Assembly: GCA_944325665.1 (NCBI GenBank)
Contig: CALVAY010000005.1
Coordinates: 18,702 to 82,701 of the forward strand
DNA: 64,000 nucleotides
Origin: Candidatus Gastranaerophilales bacterium
GTDB lineage: Bacteria; Cyanobacteriota; Vampirovibrionia; Gastranaerophilales; Gastranaerophilaceae
Direction of reading: 5' to 3'
Shown piece after piece: positions 1 to 8,953 of the stretch (position 1 is its first letter; every line of letters begins with the position of its first letter). Below the pieces are notes generated by a model that did not search any database, had not been told where the DNA came from, and worked only from the letters and a program-made list of their open reading frames with translations. Position numbers and translations under genes: made by a program.

Positions 1-2117
1 TTATCAAGCGCAAATGCAATTTTTGTGTTTAAAAGTTCGTCTTGAAGTCTAAATAAATCAATTTTATCTTTCAAAAACCCTACCCCAAAGCGAACAGTAA
101 TGTCTTTGAGGCACTGCATTTCATCACAAAGCAAAGGTGGCCCCGCAGGAATAGAGCGAGAAGGGCATTTGGGATTGGAAATTATTCCCACAGACCTTAA
201 AAGAGCGATTCTTAATTCGTTTTTGTAAATTTCATACTCATTTAAACCCTCTGTTAAAACCCCCGTATTTTGAGCAAAAACAAAGTTCATCATAGGATAA
301 GAATTTGTCTTAAGCTCATAAGGTCTTTTTGCGGGCTGATTTTCATAAAGAGAATAATTCGGGTCGCACTTTCTTTTAACAATACCCAAGCTGTCCTGTG
401 CATAAGTTTCAAAAATAGGCTCATCAAGGCAAAAGACCGCTTGCAGCTTGTGATTTTTCTTTTTATTTTTAATTTTTGCCCTGAACTCAAAAAATTCACT
501 GTAATTATTTAAAATTACGTCTAATTCAAGATTTTTATAATAAATTCTTAAAGTTGATTGTATATCACCCATTTCAACAATTTTTGTTTTATAGGGTTTA
601 ATAATTTCAGGCAGGGAATTTGGTGCAAAGTTGTAGCTGTCGCCCGAATCTTTTGTATCTGTAATTTTTAAGAAATCTTTATAAACTTTTGAGGTTTTTT
701 TGTCTAAAACCTCAATTTTGCCGTCTTTTACGGTTAATTTTAAATTTTTATTCTCAATGGAATTTTCTTTTACACAAGTTGCGCAAACAGCTTTTTTAGG
801 TTCAAAACACCCAAAAGACAAGGCTTTTTGTTCATCAACTTCAACTAATTGCTCCCAAAGTGTCAAAATATCTTCCGTAATCGGGACTTGATTTATATTA
901 TAAAGCTTTGAGTCGCTAAAACCCTTATGTTTAGAGATAATTTGAGCATTTTTAAACTTATGTTCGCTTATAATCCTTGCAACTTTTGACCCTTTAAAAT
1001 CAGACATATTAAAAATGCCTATATAGCAAGGTTTTTTGGTGTTTTTGTGGAAATCTCTTACAATTCTTTTTTCAAGTCCGGATAAAATTTCATCAACTTT
1101 TTCAAAACGCATATCTACGTTTTTGCTTACTTTATCCGTTGAACATCCGCAAATAGAGTCATGTGCGTGGTTTTTAATAAGTGTTTGGTAAGCAAAATCA
1201 ATATTTGGGGCATAATTAAGCCCTAAAAATACATTTAAAGGCTCAATTATCCTTGAAATTTTGTGCATAAGCTTAGTGTTTTGTATTTTCTGAGGAATTC
1301 TTGCGCTGTAAACGCCGCCTAAGATATTATTTGACGAATTATCCAATAAATCGCCGTTAAGCTCTTGAACCCCCTCAAAGTTTGCACTTTTAAAGAACTC
1401 AAAAGGATTTTTTAACTCTATTTCATATTTTTTTAGATATTTATTAATTTCTTTTATTTTTTCCTTTGAATTTTTAATAACTGCCAAATGATCCCCGCCC
1501 AAAGGCAAATAAATTACATCAGAGGATTTTTTTTCAAGGTTATCTAAAAATTTTTCAAGGTCTAAGGCAAGTTCTTTAATATTTTTATCTTGGTGCAAAA
1601 TGTCAATAAAATAACCTTCGGTAAGCCTTATTGTGTTTATTTTTCTTACCTTTATTTCGCTGTTTGTGTCTGCTCCCCTCCAGATAATTGCATTTTTAAT
1701 GTTAAATTTATCAAGAACGTCAAAAACACCTCTGGAGTGGCCGAAAATGTCGGGAAGATAGCCTGTAAAGTCGCTGCAACCCAGTTTTAAAGAATGTTTT
1801 AACCCTATTTCCAAGTTTTTTATAAAACATCTTAAATTAACCATAAAAGCATCGGCAGAAACAAAGAAAGGGCCTACAAACAGCCTTTTTTCTTTGATTA
1901 GCTTTTCAATTAACGGAAGTTTTTCTTCTCTGAATTTTAAGTAATCCAAAATCGCGCTTGTTTGCCCGTCAAAGTAAAAGCTTGGCGCACGGTCGTTTTC
2001 AAGCTCATCTAAAACCTCATCAAACACTTCTAAAAGTCTTAAATTAAACTCTTCTTTTTCCCTGTACCACTCTCTGTCCCAATGAGTTTGCAGATAGGCA
2101 ATTACACGTTTTTTCAT
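1..2117 (-). CDS. Glycoside hydrolase family 38 (alpha-mannosidase / mannosylglycerate hydrolase-like); partial, the C-terminus runs off the window
   Basis: Absent from the ORF track because the frame stays open to position 1. Own translation from the ATG (complement of 2115-2117) reads MKKRVIAYLQTHWDREWYREKEEF. An internal NHAHDSICGCS lies at about 1141-1173. Both are GH38 N-domain signatures. Confidence 0.8.
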   Translation of the reverse strand, partial: MKKRVIAYLQTHWDREWYREKEEFNLRLLEVFDEVLDELENDRAPSFYFDGQTSAILDYLKFREEKLPLIEKLIKEKRLFVGPFFVSADAFMVNLRCFIKNLEIGLKHSLKLGCSDFTGYLPDIFGHSRGVFDVLDKFNIKNAIIWRGADTNSEIKVRKINTIRLTEGYFIDILHQDKNIKELALDLEKFLDNLEKKSSDVIYLPLGGDHLAVIKNSKEKIKEINKYLKKYEIELKNPFEFFKSANFEGVQELNGDLLDNSSNNILGGVYSARIPQKIQNTKLMHKISRIIEPLNVFLGLNYAPNIDFAYQTLIKNHAHDSICGCSTDKVSKNVDMRFEKVDEILSGLEKRIVRDFHKNTKKPCYIGIFNMSDFKGSKVARIISEHKFKNAQIISKHKGFSDSKLYNINQVPITEDILTLWEQLVEVDEQKALSFGCFEPKKAVCATCVKENSIENKNLKLTVKDGKIEVLDKKTSKVYKDFLKITDTKDSGDSYNFAPNSLPEIIKPYKTKIVEMGDIQSTLRIYYKNLELDVILNNYSEFFEFRAKIKNKKKNHKLQAVFCLDEPIFETYAQDSLGIVKRKCDPNYSLYENQPAKRPYELKTNSYPMMNFVFAQNTGVLTEGLNEYEIYKNELRIALLRSVGIISNPKCPSRSIPAGPPLLCDEMQCLKDITVRFGVGFLKDKIDLFRLQDELLNTKIAFALD

Positions 2118-2231
2118 ATAACTATTATACTTGTTGTACAACAAAACTTTTTCCATTTTTTAGATGAACTTTTAATCTTAAAAATGTTGTAGTATTTACT
2201 TACTTCCCCACTAGTCAAGAAATTGGTTGAT

Positions 2232-2492
2232 ATGAGTAAGAAAATTTTAAATTCCCTAAAAAAAGAAATTGTCGAGTGTCAAAAAAGATTAAAAGAACTC
2301 GAGCCTGCGATAGGTAAAAATACTGAATTAGAAACAATTTACAATAAAACATTAATTAAAAAAGCTGTTTTGACAAAGAAATATAATAATCTTTGCCACA
2401 AGCCGACTCTTAAAGATAAAATCAAAAAATTACTCAGAGTTCACTCTAAAAAGAAATTAATTTGCGATTATTTTAAAACAAGCGAAGTTTAA
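2232..2492 (+). CDS. Hypothetical small coiled-coil protein
   Basis: ORF track 2223..2492, with an internal ATG at 2232 (MSKKILNSLKKE). Lys-rich with no recognisable domain. Its stop overlaps the fliI stop (TTAA at 2489-2492). Confidence 0.3.
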   Translation: MSKKILNSLKKEIVECQKRLKELEPAIGKNTELETIYNKTLIKKAVLTKKYNNLCHKPTLKDKIKKLLRVHSKKKLICDYFKTSEV

Positions 2493-3835
2493 ATTTCTAC
2501 GTTTCGCATCATATCTTTTAGTGTGCTTATTGTGGTTTCCATACTTACGGTATCAGATACTTTTTGTTGTAAAAAGGCGTTGATTTGAGGCATAAGCTCA
2601 ATTGCAATATCCAGTTTCGGGTTTGAGCCTGCCTGATACATACCAACTTCGATTAAGTCTTTGTTTTCACGATACATCGCAAGCAAGCGACGCATTTTTT
2701 GCGCTGCTTCCTGATGTTCTTTATCCGTAATTTCGGTAAATAACCTTGAAATTGAACCCAGAGGGTCAATAGCGGGATAATGGTTCATCTCGGCAACCTT
2801 ACGAGATAGGAAAATGTGTCCGTCAACAATACCTCTTACAGTATCTACAACAGGGTCTGTAATGTCATCCCCTTCCATAAGTACTGTGTAAAGTGCCGTT
2901 ATTGAGCCTTTTTCAGAGTTACCCGTTCTTTCTAACGCTCTTTGCAGCCAAGAAAATATTGAAGGCGGATAACCTTTCATGGTAGGCGGTTCGCCGATTG
3001 AAAGACCAACTTCACGCCCTGCCATTGCACAACGTGTTACTGTATCTGTCATTAAAAATACTTTTTTGCCTTGATCTCTAAAATATTCGCACACGGTCGT
3101 TGCCGCAAGTAGAGCTTTTTGTCTGATTAGAGGAGGTTGGTCGCCTGTCGAGCAGACGATAACCGAGCGTTTCATACCTTCAGGACCAAGAGAATTTTCA
3201 ATAAACTCTTTTACTTCACGTCCACGTTCTCCAATTAGCGCCATAACGTTTATGTCAGCTTCCGAGTTCCTTGCTATCATACCAAGCATCGTGGATTTTC
3301 CGACCCCTGAACCTGCAAAAAGCCCCATACGCTGTCCTTGACCCATTGTAAGAAGCGAATCAATAACCCTTATGCCAGTTGAAATTGAGTTTTTAATAAT
3401 AGGACGATGAAAGGCGTCAGGTATTGTGCCGTTAATGTTCATATATTTTGCGTTTGTAAGGTCTAGGGGACGCCCGTCAAGAGGTTCTCCCAAGGGGTTT
3501 ATAAGTCTGCCCAATAGAAAATCGCCCACAGGCAGCATAATAGGCCCGCCTGTTGTTTCAACAAGACTTCCCTGCCCGATACCTTCTCCGTCATACAAAA
3601 GTAAAAGCTGTGCCGTATCACCTTTAAAAGCAACAACTTCGGCGGCTTTTTTTTCACCAGTGTAGGTTTGAATGTAGCATAAATCGCCAATTTTAAGGCC
3701 GGGCAGTTTAACCTCAACAGTTAAGCCCAAAAGCTTTGATACAGCACCTTTAAAACCATAGAGCTGAGTTTTTTCAAGCGCATTTAGGGCTTGTGTTTTA
3801 AGATTATGTATTTTTAACTCTAAACTTTCATCCAT
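2489..3835 (-). CDS. fliI: Flagellar/type III secretion ATPase FliI
   Basis: 448 aa. Walker A is GSGVGKST. The F1/T3SS-ATPase core includes LMTDTVTRCAMAGREVGLSIGEPP, and the N-terminal beta-barrel region is typical of FliI/InvC. Confidence 0.85.
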   Translation of the reverse strand: MDESLELKIHNLKTQALNALEKTQLYGFKGAVSKLLGLTVEVKLPGLKIGDLCYIQTYTGEKKAAEVVAFKGDTAQLLLLYDGEGIGQGSLVETTGGPIMLPVGDFLLGRLINPLGEPLDGRPLDLTNAKYMNINGTIPDAFHRPIIKNSISTGIRVIDSLLTMGQGQRMGLFAGSGVGKSTMLGMIARNSEADINVMALIGERGREVKEFIENSLGPEGMKRSVIVCSTGDQPPLIRQKALLAATTVCEYFRDQGKKVFLMTDTVTRCAMAGREVGLSIGEPPTMKGYPPSIFSWLQRALERTGNSEKGSITALYTVLMEGDDITDPVVDTVRGIVDGHIFLSRKVAEMNHYPAIDPLGSISRLFTEITDKEHQEAAQKMRRLLAMYRENKDLIEVGMYQAGSNPKLDIAIELMPQINAFLQQKVSDTVSMETTISTLKDMMRNVEI

Positions 3836-3956
3836 TAAATTAAATTATAACATATTTTTTAAAAGATGATTGCGTGTAAAAATTACCATTAATCTTTTGA
3901 TAAAATCCCAAAAAGTTCCCACGGCGCCGTTTTATAAGGGTTTAGCGGATTATGAA

Positions 3957-3982
3957 ATAAAAAAAATGGGGCGAAAAGCCCC
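3957..3982 (-). terminator. Intrinsic-terminator-like hairpin (minus strand) upstream of fliI
   Basis: On the minus strand, GGGGC-TTTTC-GCCCC is followed by A+T8. No annotated minus-strand gene lies upstream of it. Confidence 0.35.
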
Positions 3983-4206
3983 AAACTGTCTGGAATTAAG
4001 AATAGCTGGAAGTATGAAAAAGATTAATTATATATAACAATACATGACATAAGTTAACAATTAGACATGTGGGTAATTTATTGAGGCATGCTTTATAAAA
4101 AATAAGTGTACATTAGACAATATTGAGTATTAATATTTTATAAAGGTGTCAAAAATATGCCCAAAACCCTTGATATACCTGAAAATAAAAAAATATAAAA
4201 TAGGGG

Positions 4207-4235
4207 TTGACAAATGAATTTTTTAGGTACATAAT
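4207..4235 (+). promoter_or_regulatory. Sigma70-like promoter for the 4304 ORF
   Basis: TTGACA (4207-4212), a 17-nt spacer, then CATAAT (4230-4235). Confidence 0.5.
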
Positions 4236-4303
4236 GTGAATATAAAGATAAAGTGTTCCACAAACACTAAAAAACAAAAAATAAGAGGTTAAAGAAAAGA
4301 GAA

Positions 4304-4567
4304 ATGTTAGCTATAAATGCAATAAGAAACGTAAATAATACACTAAATAATAGAAGAACCGTAAACTTCGGTTACAGAAGCAACGAATTGGTTAAATCTT
4401 CTCCAATTAATTCTGATATGGTTCAAGGCGGTATCGGCGGATTGTTTACAGGTTTCGTCGGAACATTAAAAACTTCTCCGATGTTCAATTTCAACAATAC
4501 CGTTAAAGAAAGAACACAAAGTATTAACGAAGGTTTAAACGAAACAAAATTAAATCTCATTGCGTAA
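4304..4567 (+). CDS. Hypothetical small protein
   Basis: 87-aa ORF bracketed by a consensus-like promoter and a strong terminator. Contains the Gly-rich segment GGIGGLFTGFVG. Confidence 0.4.
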   Translation: MLAINAIRNVNNTLNNRRTVNFGYRSNELVKSSPINSDMVQGGIGGLFTGFVGTLKTSPMFNFNNTVKERTQSINEGLNETKLNLIA

Positions 4568-4627
4568 ATGAGTATATAAGCATTATCAACACCTAACAAC
4601 ACAATCCCGAAGCATAACAACACACAG

Positions 4628-4655
4628 CCCTGCAATTGCAGGGTTTTTATTTTAT
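4628..4655 (+). terminator. Rho-independent terminator
   Basis: Perfect palindrome CCCTGCAATTGCAGGG followed by TTTTTATTTTATTT. Confidence 0.7.
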
Positions 4656-4790
4656 TTATTTCTTGAAATTCCACGCTGACTTGATAATTTATCCTTGACA
4701 AAGAAAATTTTTTTGAGAATATAAAAATTAGTTGAATTAATTTTATTTTTTTAATAGAATTAAATTGTTAAGTAAAGAAAAGGAGCTGTA

Positions 4791-5426
4791 ATGCAAAACA
4801 ATAATCTGCCTAAAGATATGGGAAAGAAAATTGCTGATGCATTAAAGCATGAAGACATGAGCGAAGAAAAATTTGATGCACTTGATTTAGAATCAACTGA
4901 TAACTTAGAAAGTTCAATTGATTATAATGAAACAAATGAATCACTTGACGACTCAACATTCGATTTAGATATGGATGAGCCATTACATCAAGATAAATTT
5001 GAAGAACATGAAGAAGAATATACTCCTGTTTTCTCTGTTGATGTTGATGAAATCGACAAAGCTCCGGATTTTAAACTTTCTTTAGATTCTGATGATGATG
5101 ACGCAGCTGAAGAATTTGAAATGCCTAACAACATCAATGTCTTAAAAAGATTGATTAACCAACTTCCGACAGGCGTTCCAAGACAGACAGGTGCTCAAAT
5201 TATCCGTCAAACAATCGAAGCTTTGGGTATTCCTATGAAAAGCGTTTTGCAAGATGCTCAAAGAGTTAGAGATTGCTTAAACAGCTCAATTAAAGATTGC
5301 AGCTACACAATTCAAGAATATAAAACAAATATTCGTAATCTTGAAAAACAAAGTCAAAACTACCAAAAACAACTTGGTAAGTTAAACGACATAATCGGTC
5401 TTTTCGTTTATAACGAAAAAAAATAA
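4791..5426 (+). CDS. Hypothetical acidic protein
   Basis: 211 aa. The RBS AAGGAG precedes the ATG. The N-terminal half is D/E-rich and the C-terminus is coiled-coil. No family recognised. Confidence 0.55.
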   Translation: MQNNNLPKDMGKKIADALKHEDMSEEKFDALDLESTDNLESSIDYNETNESLDDSTFDLDMDEPLHQDKFEEHEEEYTPVFSVDVDEIDKAPDFKLSLDSDDDDAAEEFEMPNNINVLKRLINQLPTGVPRQTGAQIIRQTIEALGIPMKSVLQDAQRVRDCLNSSIKDCSYTIQEYKTNIRNLEKQSQNYQKQLGKLNDIIGLFVYNEKK

Positions 5427-5433
5427 GTCTTAT

Positions 5434-5509
5434 GCCCCCATCGTCTAGAGGCCTAGGACAACACCCTTTCACGGTGTAGACAGGGATTCGAATTCCCTTG
5501 GGGGTACCA
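5434..5509 (+). tRNA. tRNA-Glu (anticodon UUC), CCA encoded
   Basis: Cloverleaf read by eye. Acceptor stem is GCCCCCA/TGGGGGT. The anticodon arm is ACACC-CTTTCAC-GGTGT. The T arm is AGGGA-TTCGAAT-TCCCT. It ends with discriminator A plus CCA. Confidence 0.9.
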
Positions 5510-5822
5510 AATAAAACTAATTAGCGGCATATAGCCGCTTTTTTAATGGGAATTCGAATCCTAAGTAAATTCTTACGTTCCCTCACACAAGGTTCGTGAA
5601 GTTCCCATGTGTGTACCAAATAAAACTAATTAGCGGCATATAGCCGCTTTTTTAATGTGAATTCGAATCCTAAGTAAATTCTTACGTTCCCTCACACAAG
5701 GTTCGTGAAGTTCCCATGGGGGTACCAAATAAAACTAATCAGCGGCACATAGCCGCTTTTTTAATGGGAATTCGAATCCTAAGTAAATTCTTACGTTCCC
5801 TCACACAAGGTTCGTGAAGTTC
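5506..5822 (+). repeat. Tandem repeat, 109-bp unit x 2.9, derived from the tRNA-Glu 3' end plus its terminator
   Basis: Units start at 5506, 5615 and 5724. Each carries the terminator hairpin AGCGGC-atata-GCCGCT+T6. A roughly 74-nt segment follows with a TTCGAAT T-loop-like box, ending ..TTCCCATGGGGGTACCA (the tRNA ends TTCCCTTGGGGGTACCA). Confidence 0.9.
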
Positions 5823-5836
5823 TTATCAGAGTATAA

Positions 5837-6508
5837 TTAGATATTAGTAGTATTTTCTAATATACACTTAATCGCATCAATATCTTTTTGATAATTATAT
5901 CCCTTTTGTCTGTTTTTAAGTATTTTTCTTTGTTTTTTACAGTTTTTATACAATTTATTGCAGCCGCACCAGCATCTTTCATACCCTTTCTTTTGTTTTT
6001 CAATGCTTTCTTGCAAAGTGTTTAAAAAATTGTAAACAGCTTTTATATCTGCTAAGTCATACTTTTCCATATAATACTTTGCAATCCCCATTGCACCATG
6101 TTCTGCTTCGCCAAACGGCCAAACTTTATGTTTTTCAAAGTATGAATTTTGCGCTAAATACCCTATCAATAACTTATTTACATAATCAATAAGTCTGTAA
6201 TTAGGTGCAAGAACCCTTGCTATTTCAATAGGACGGCCCACACAAAGTGTTCCGTCCTCGTTAATATGTTCATTTTCGTCTTTTTTTATACGGTTTTCAA
6301 TTTCAAAAGCTACTATCATTTCTTTTGGGTAATCTTTTGGAATTAAAAGTCTTATTGCGTATTGGTCTTCAATTTTTTCGTTTAAAATTACCGTTGAAAA
6401 GCCGATGTATCCTTCAATTATGTCATATTCGCCGTAACTTTTATGCACTAAATAAGGATGTTCTTTTCTCAGATATTTAAATTCAACTTCTATATCAAAA
6501 GACTTCAT
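5837..6508 (-). CDS. Stand-alone E2 (ubiquitin-conjugating-like) protein of a CBASS operon, with a C-terminal SEC-C-like Cys motif
   Basis: 223 aa. HINEDGTLCVG resembles the UBC active-site signature H-x-N-x3-G-x-x-C. The C-terminus has CWCGCNKLYKNCKK. A strong RBS (GGAGGAATAATG) precedes the start. It overlaps the CD-NTase gene by 14 nt. Confidence 0.6.
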   Translation of the reverse strand: MKSFDIEVEFKYLRKEHPYLVHKSYGEYDIIEGYIGFSTVILNEKIEDQYAIRLLIPKDYPKEMIVAFEIENRIKKDENEHINEDGTLCVGRPIEIARVLAPNYRLIDYVNKLLIGYLAQNSYFEKHKVWPFGEAEHGAMGIAKYYMEKYDLADIKAVYNFLNTLQESIEKQKKGYERCWCGCNKLYKNCKKQRKILKNRQKGYNYQKDIDAIKCILENTTNI

Positions 6509-7628
6509 TATTCCTCCAAGGTTTAATCGGGTCGCTCATTTCAATTTTTTTCTTGGGTGCAATAATAACTCTGTCTTGATATTTAATTTTATTTATCTTA
6601 TATGCCGTTTCAAGAGTTTCTGAAATATTTACGCCTTCTTTTAGCAGTTCTTCAAAAAGATTATTTAACGATTTAAGCCAAGAAAAGAAAACCTGAGCCT
6701 TTCTTGGTGTTTCTTGCCATTTGTCGGCAAAGTTTTCTTCTTTTATTGTAGGGTTTTCAACAAAATAAACCCCGTTTTTTGTTTCTATATAGTTGTGCAT
6801 ATTGGCACAAATATTTTTTAGAGCATCAAATAAGTTGTCTTCCCCATTGTATGCTTTGGTTGCAAGAGTAGTTATGATAATTGAAATTGGTTTGTCATCA
6901 TCATTGCCCCAGTTAATATCCCTGTGGTGTTTTAGCAAACTGATTGCTTTTTGCAGCACGGTTTTTCTTTTATAAAGAGGAAAATCGTCAACGGACTCAT
7001 TTGCTGCAAGCAAAGTTCTTTGGTTTTTCATCATTTTTTGACGCATTTCATTTTTAAACCAAGTAATGTACCCTTGCGGGTTACTTTTTAACCAATCATT
7101 GCTTATAATTTTGTAATCTTTGTGTTCCTTGTCGGTTATACATATAGCTTGATTTATTGAGCCTGCTAAATATTTTAGCTCATTGTAATTGTTAAGACTA
7201 ACGGGTATTGCCGGTAAAATATCCATATGAAATTTGCTGCTGTCAGCATATTTTAAAGTCCAGCATCTTCTGCCGCCGTCCTTGGGGTCAAGCAATTTGG
7301 AGTATGTTCCGTTTTCTTTTAATCTTTCGCCAATTAAATTTTTAAGTTCTTCTTGGCTAAAATCATCGCAAGTGCCTTCCAAAAGACAAACTAAATCAAC
7401 ATCATATTCACAACCGCTTTGTGGTTTTATGGCAGTACCGAACGCAAAAGAGCCTTGTGCATAAATTTTAGGATTGTATTTTTTTAATTTTGAGTTTTCT
7501 CCGGCAAGCCATTCTCCTAGCGCATCATAACTTCTTTTGGCGTCTTCATATTTGCTCTCGGGTACTGAGATGTCCGTGTAAATTTCTTGTAATTTTTTTT
7601 CTATGTTTACTACATTTTCCCTAATCAT
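6495..7628 (-). CDS. cGAS/DncV-like nucleotidyltransferase (CD-NTase, SMODS family)
   Basis: 377 aa. It has the Pol-beta NTase catalytic pattern: QGSFAFGT (G-S), EYDVDLV (DxD) and a later HMDILP. The RBS GAGGAG precedes the start. It sits between the effector and E2 genes. Confidence 0.75.
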   Translation of the reverse strand: MIRENVVNIEKKLQEIYTDISVPESKYEDAKRSYDALGEWLAGENSKLKKYNPKIYAQGSFAFGTAIKPQSGCEYDVDLVCLLEGTCDDFSQEELKNLIGERLKENGTYSKLLDPKDGGRRCWTLKYADSSKFHMDILPAIPVSLNNYNELKYLAGSINQAICITDKEHKDYKIISNDWLKSNPQGYITWFKNEMRQKMMKNQRTLLAANESVDDFPLYKRKTVLQKAISLLKHHRDINWGNDDDKPISIIITTLATKAYNGEDNLFDALKNICANMHNYIETKNGVYFVENPTIKEENFADKWQETPRKAQVFFSWLKSLNNLFEELLKEGVNISETLETAYKINKIKYQDRVIIAPKKKIEMSDPIKPWRNNEVF

Positions 7629-7630
7629 TT

Positions 7631-8815
7631 TTAATTCTCCTCTTTGTTGTTTATGGTGATAGCGTGTTTGTACTCTGTGCTTTTGTCGTTTAAATTATAA
7701 ATTTTCATTGGCATATCTGCTCTTGGCAAAATTAATCTTCCGAATTCAACATTTGCACTTACGGGCATTGCAGCAAAAACATTTAAAAATGTGCCCGGTT
7801 GGTAATTATTCTTAATTTCATCAAGAACTTTTCTTACATATTCTTTAAACGCACAAAGTTGATTTTTGGCTTTAATAATATTAGGATTTGGCTCTAAGGC
7901 TGAAATTGTCCATATGTCGCAGTCTTGACCCAATACTTTCTTTATGGAGTCATGATTTATCGAACCGCTTAAAGAAAGACTTAGTGCCGGTGTTTTCCTG
8001 TAAAATGTTTTAGGTTTATCTACAATAAAATTTGCCGCATCATAGTCTTTTTGCCACTTCCAATCTTCCTCTTGTGAAACTCTGTTGGGTTGAAAAACCT
8101 CCGCCTTAATAACATCACCAATTAAATACCCTAAATAAATTAAAAGCGGTTGACAAGCCATAGCAAAAATACTTAAATGCTTAATTGTGTTATCATCCAA
8201 ATAAGGTTTAACTTTGGTTCTAAACTGATCATTTAGGTTTTTTACTTCAATGTCCCAATAAAAATTATTTTCATCATTATTATCGCTCCAAGGTGTTTCT
8301 ATATTCAGCCTGATAATATCTCCGTCAGGGTATTTTTCAGGCAAAAGAGTATTAGCTATATTTTCTTCGTTTAAATGAACAGCTCGTTTGCCTATTTTAG
8401 TAGAATATATTAAAATTTTTGATTTCTTATCGGGTTTAATGTTTGTAACAATCCTTATTCTGTCCTCGTGTTCTTTTTTCATTTTACGAAGCACATCAAC
8501 TGTATAAATATCAACCAAAGCCTTGTCTATAATGTCATGATGATGTTCCTTGCAAAGAAGCATAAGATTTGAAACATCTTTAGCTAACTTTGGCGATAGA
8601 ATTTTATCACCCCTTGGCCCATCTTCGCTTGCCGCAATAATGTGTGCAATGTTTGAAGTGTTTACTTTTGTACTGGTAAGCCCTTCTTGCCAAAGCTCTT
8701 TGTTACATCCTTTAAATTCGCATCTTCCTCCTGATTTTGACCACAGTTCAAAAACTTTGTGCTGCTCAATCTTTGCCCTTTCGGGCTTTTTCTTCTCTTT
8801 TTCATTTTTTGGCAT
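7631..8815 (-). CDS. cap5: Cap5-like CBASS effector: N-terminal HNH endonuclease plus a C-terminal SAVED-like sensor domain
   Basis: HNH region: CEFKGC..NIAHIIAASEDGPRGD..NLMLLCKEHHHDIID. The C-terminal domain of about 260 aa is of SAVED size. I prefer the ATG at 8815 (MPKNEKEKKK), preceded by GGAGGA, over the track start at 8884. The SAVED assignment rests on architecture and context, not on a motif. Confidence 0.65.
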   Translation of the reverse strand: MPKNEKEKKKPERAKIEQHKVFELWSKSGGRCEFKGCNKELWQEGLTSTKVNTSNIAHIIAASEDGPRGDKILSPKLAKDVSNLMLLCKEHHHDIIDKALVDIYTVDVLRKMKKEHEDRIRIVTNIKPDKKSKILIYSTKIGKRAVHLNEENIANTLLPEKYPDGDIIRLNIETPWSDNNDENNFYWDIEVKNLNDQFRTKVKPYLDDNTIKHLSIFAMACQPLLIYLGYLIGDVIKAEVFQPNRVSQEEDWKWQKDYDAANFIVDKPKTFYRKTPALSLSLSGSINHDSIKKVLGQDCDIWTISALEPNPNIIKAKNQLCAFKEYVRKVLDEIKNNYQPGTFLNVFAAMPVSANVEFGRLILPRADMPMKIYNLNDKSTEYKHAITINNKEEN

Positions 8816-8915
8816 AAAATATCCTCCAACTCCTGTAATTTTTTGTAAAATAGAGCCGGCATGCCTTGACAACGTGGCAAACAATAAAGTATGCTATTGG
8901 TAACGTTTTTTTTGT

Positions 8916-8935
8916 GTCGGCAAGAAATTGCCGAC
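8916..8935. promoter_or_regulatory. Perfect 8-bp inverted repeat (candidate operator or 5' leader hairpin) between the CBASS operon and the divergent wHTH gene
   Basis: GTCGGCAA-gaaa-TTGCCGAC, located just downstream of the putative CBASS promoter. Confidence 0.4.
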
Positions 8936-8953
8936 TCTATTTTTAATATACCT

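Noticed and set aside
2489-3835. An alternative reading of the 448-aa ATPase as an F1/V1 ATP synthase beta-type subunit
   Set aside because: No other ATP synthase subunits are adjacent. The size and the N-terminal region fit T3SS/FliI ATPases better. FliI remains the preferred call, though it was not confirmed by phylogeny.
8816-8884. A 23-codon N-terminal extension of the Cap5-like ORF (track start 8884)
   Set aside because: The internal ATG at 8815 has a GGAGGA Shine-Dalgarno at proper spacing. The extension has none and would run into the promoter region.
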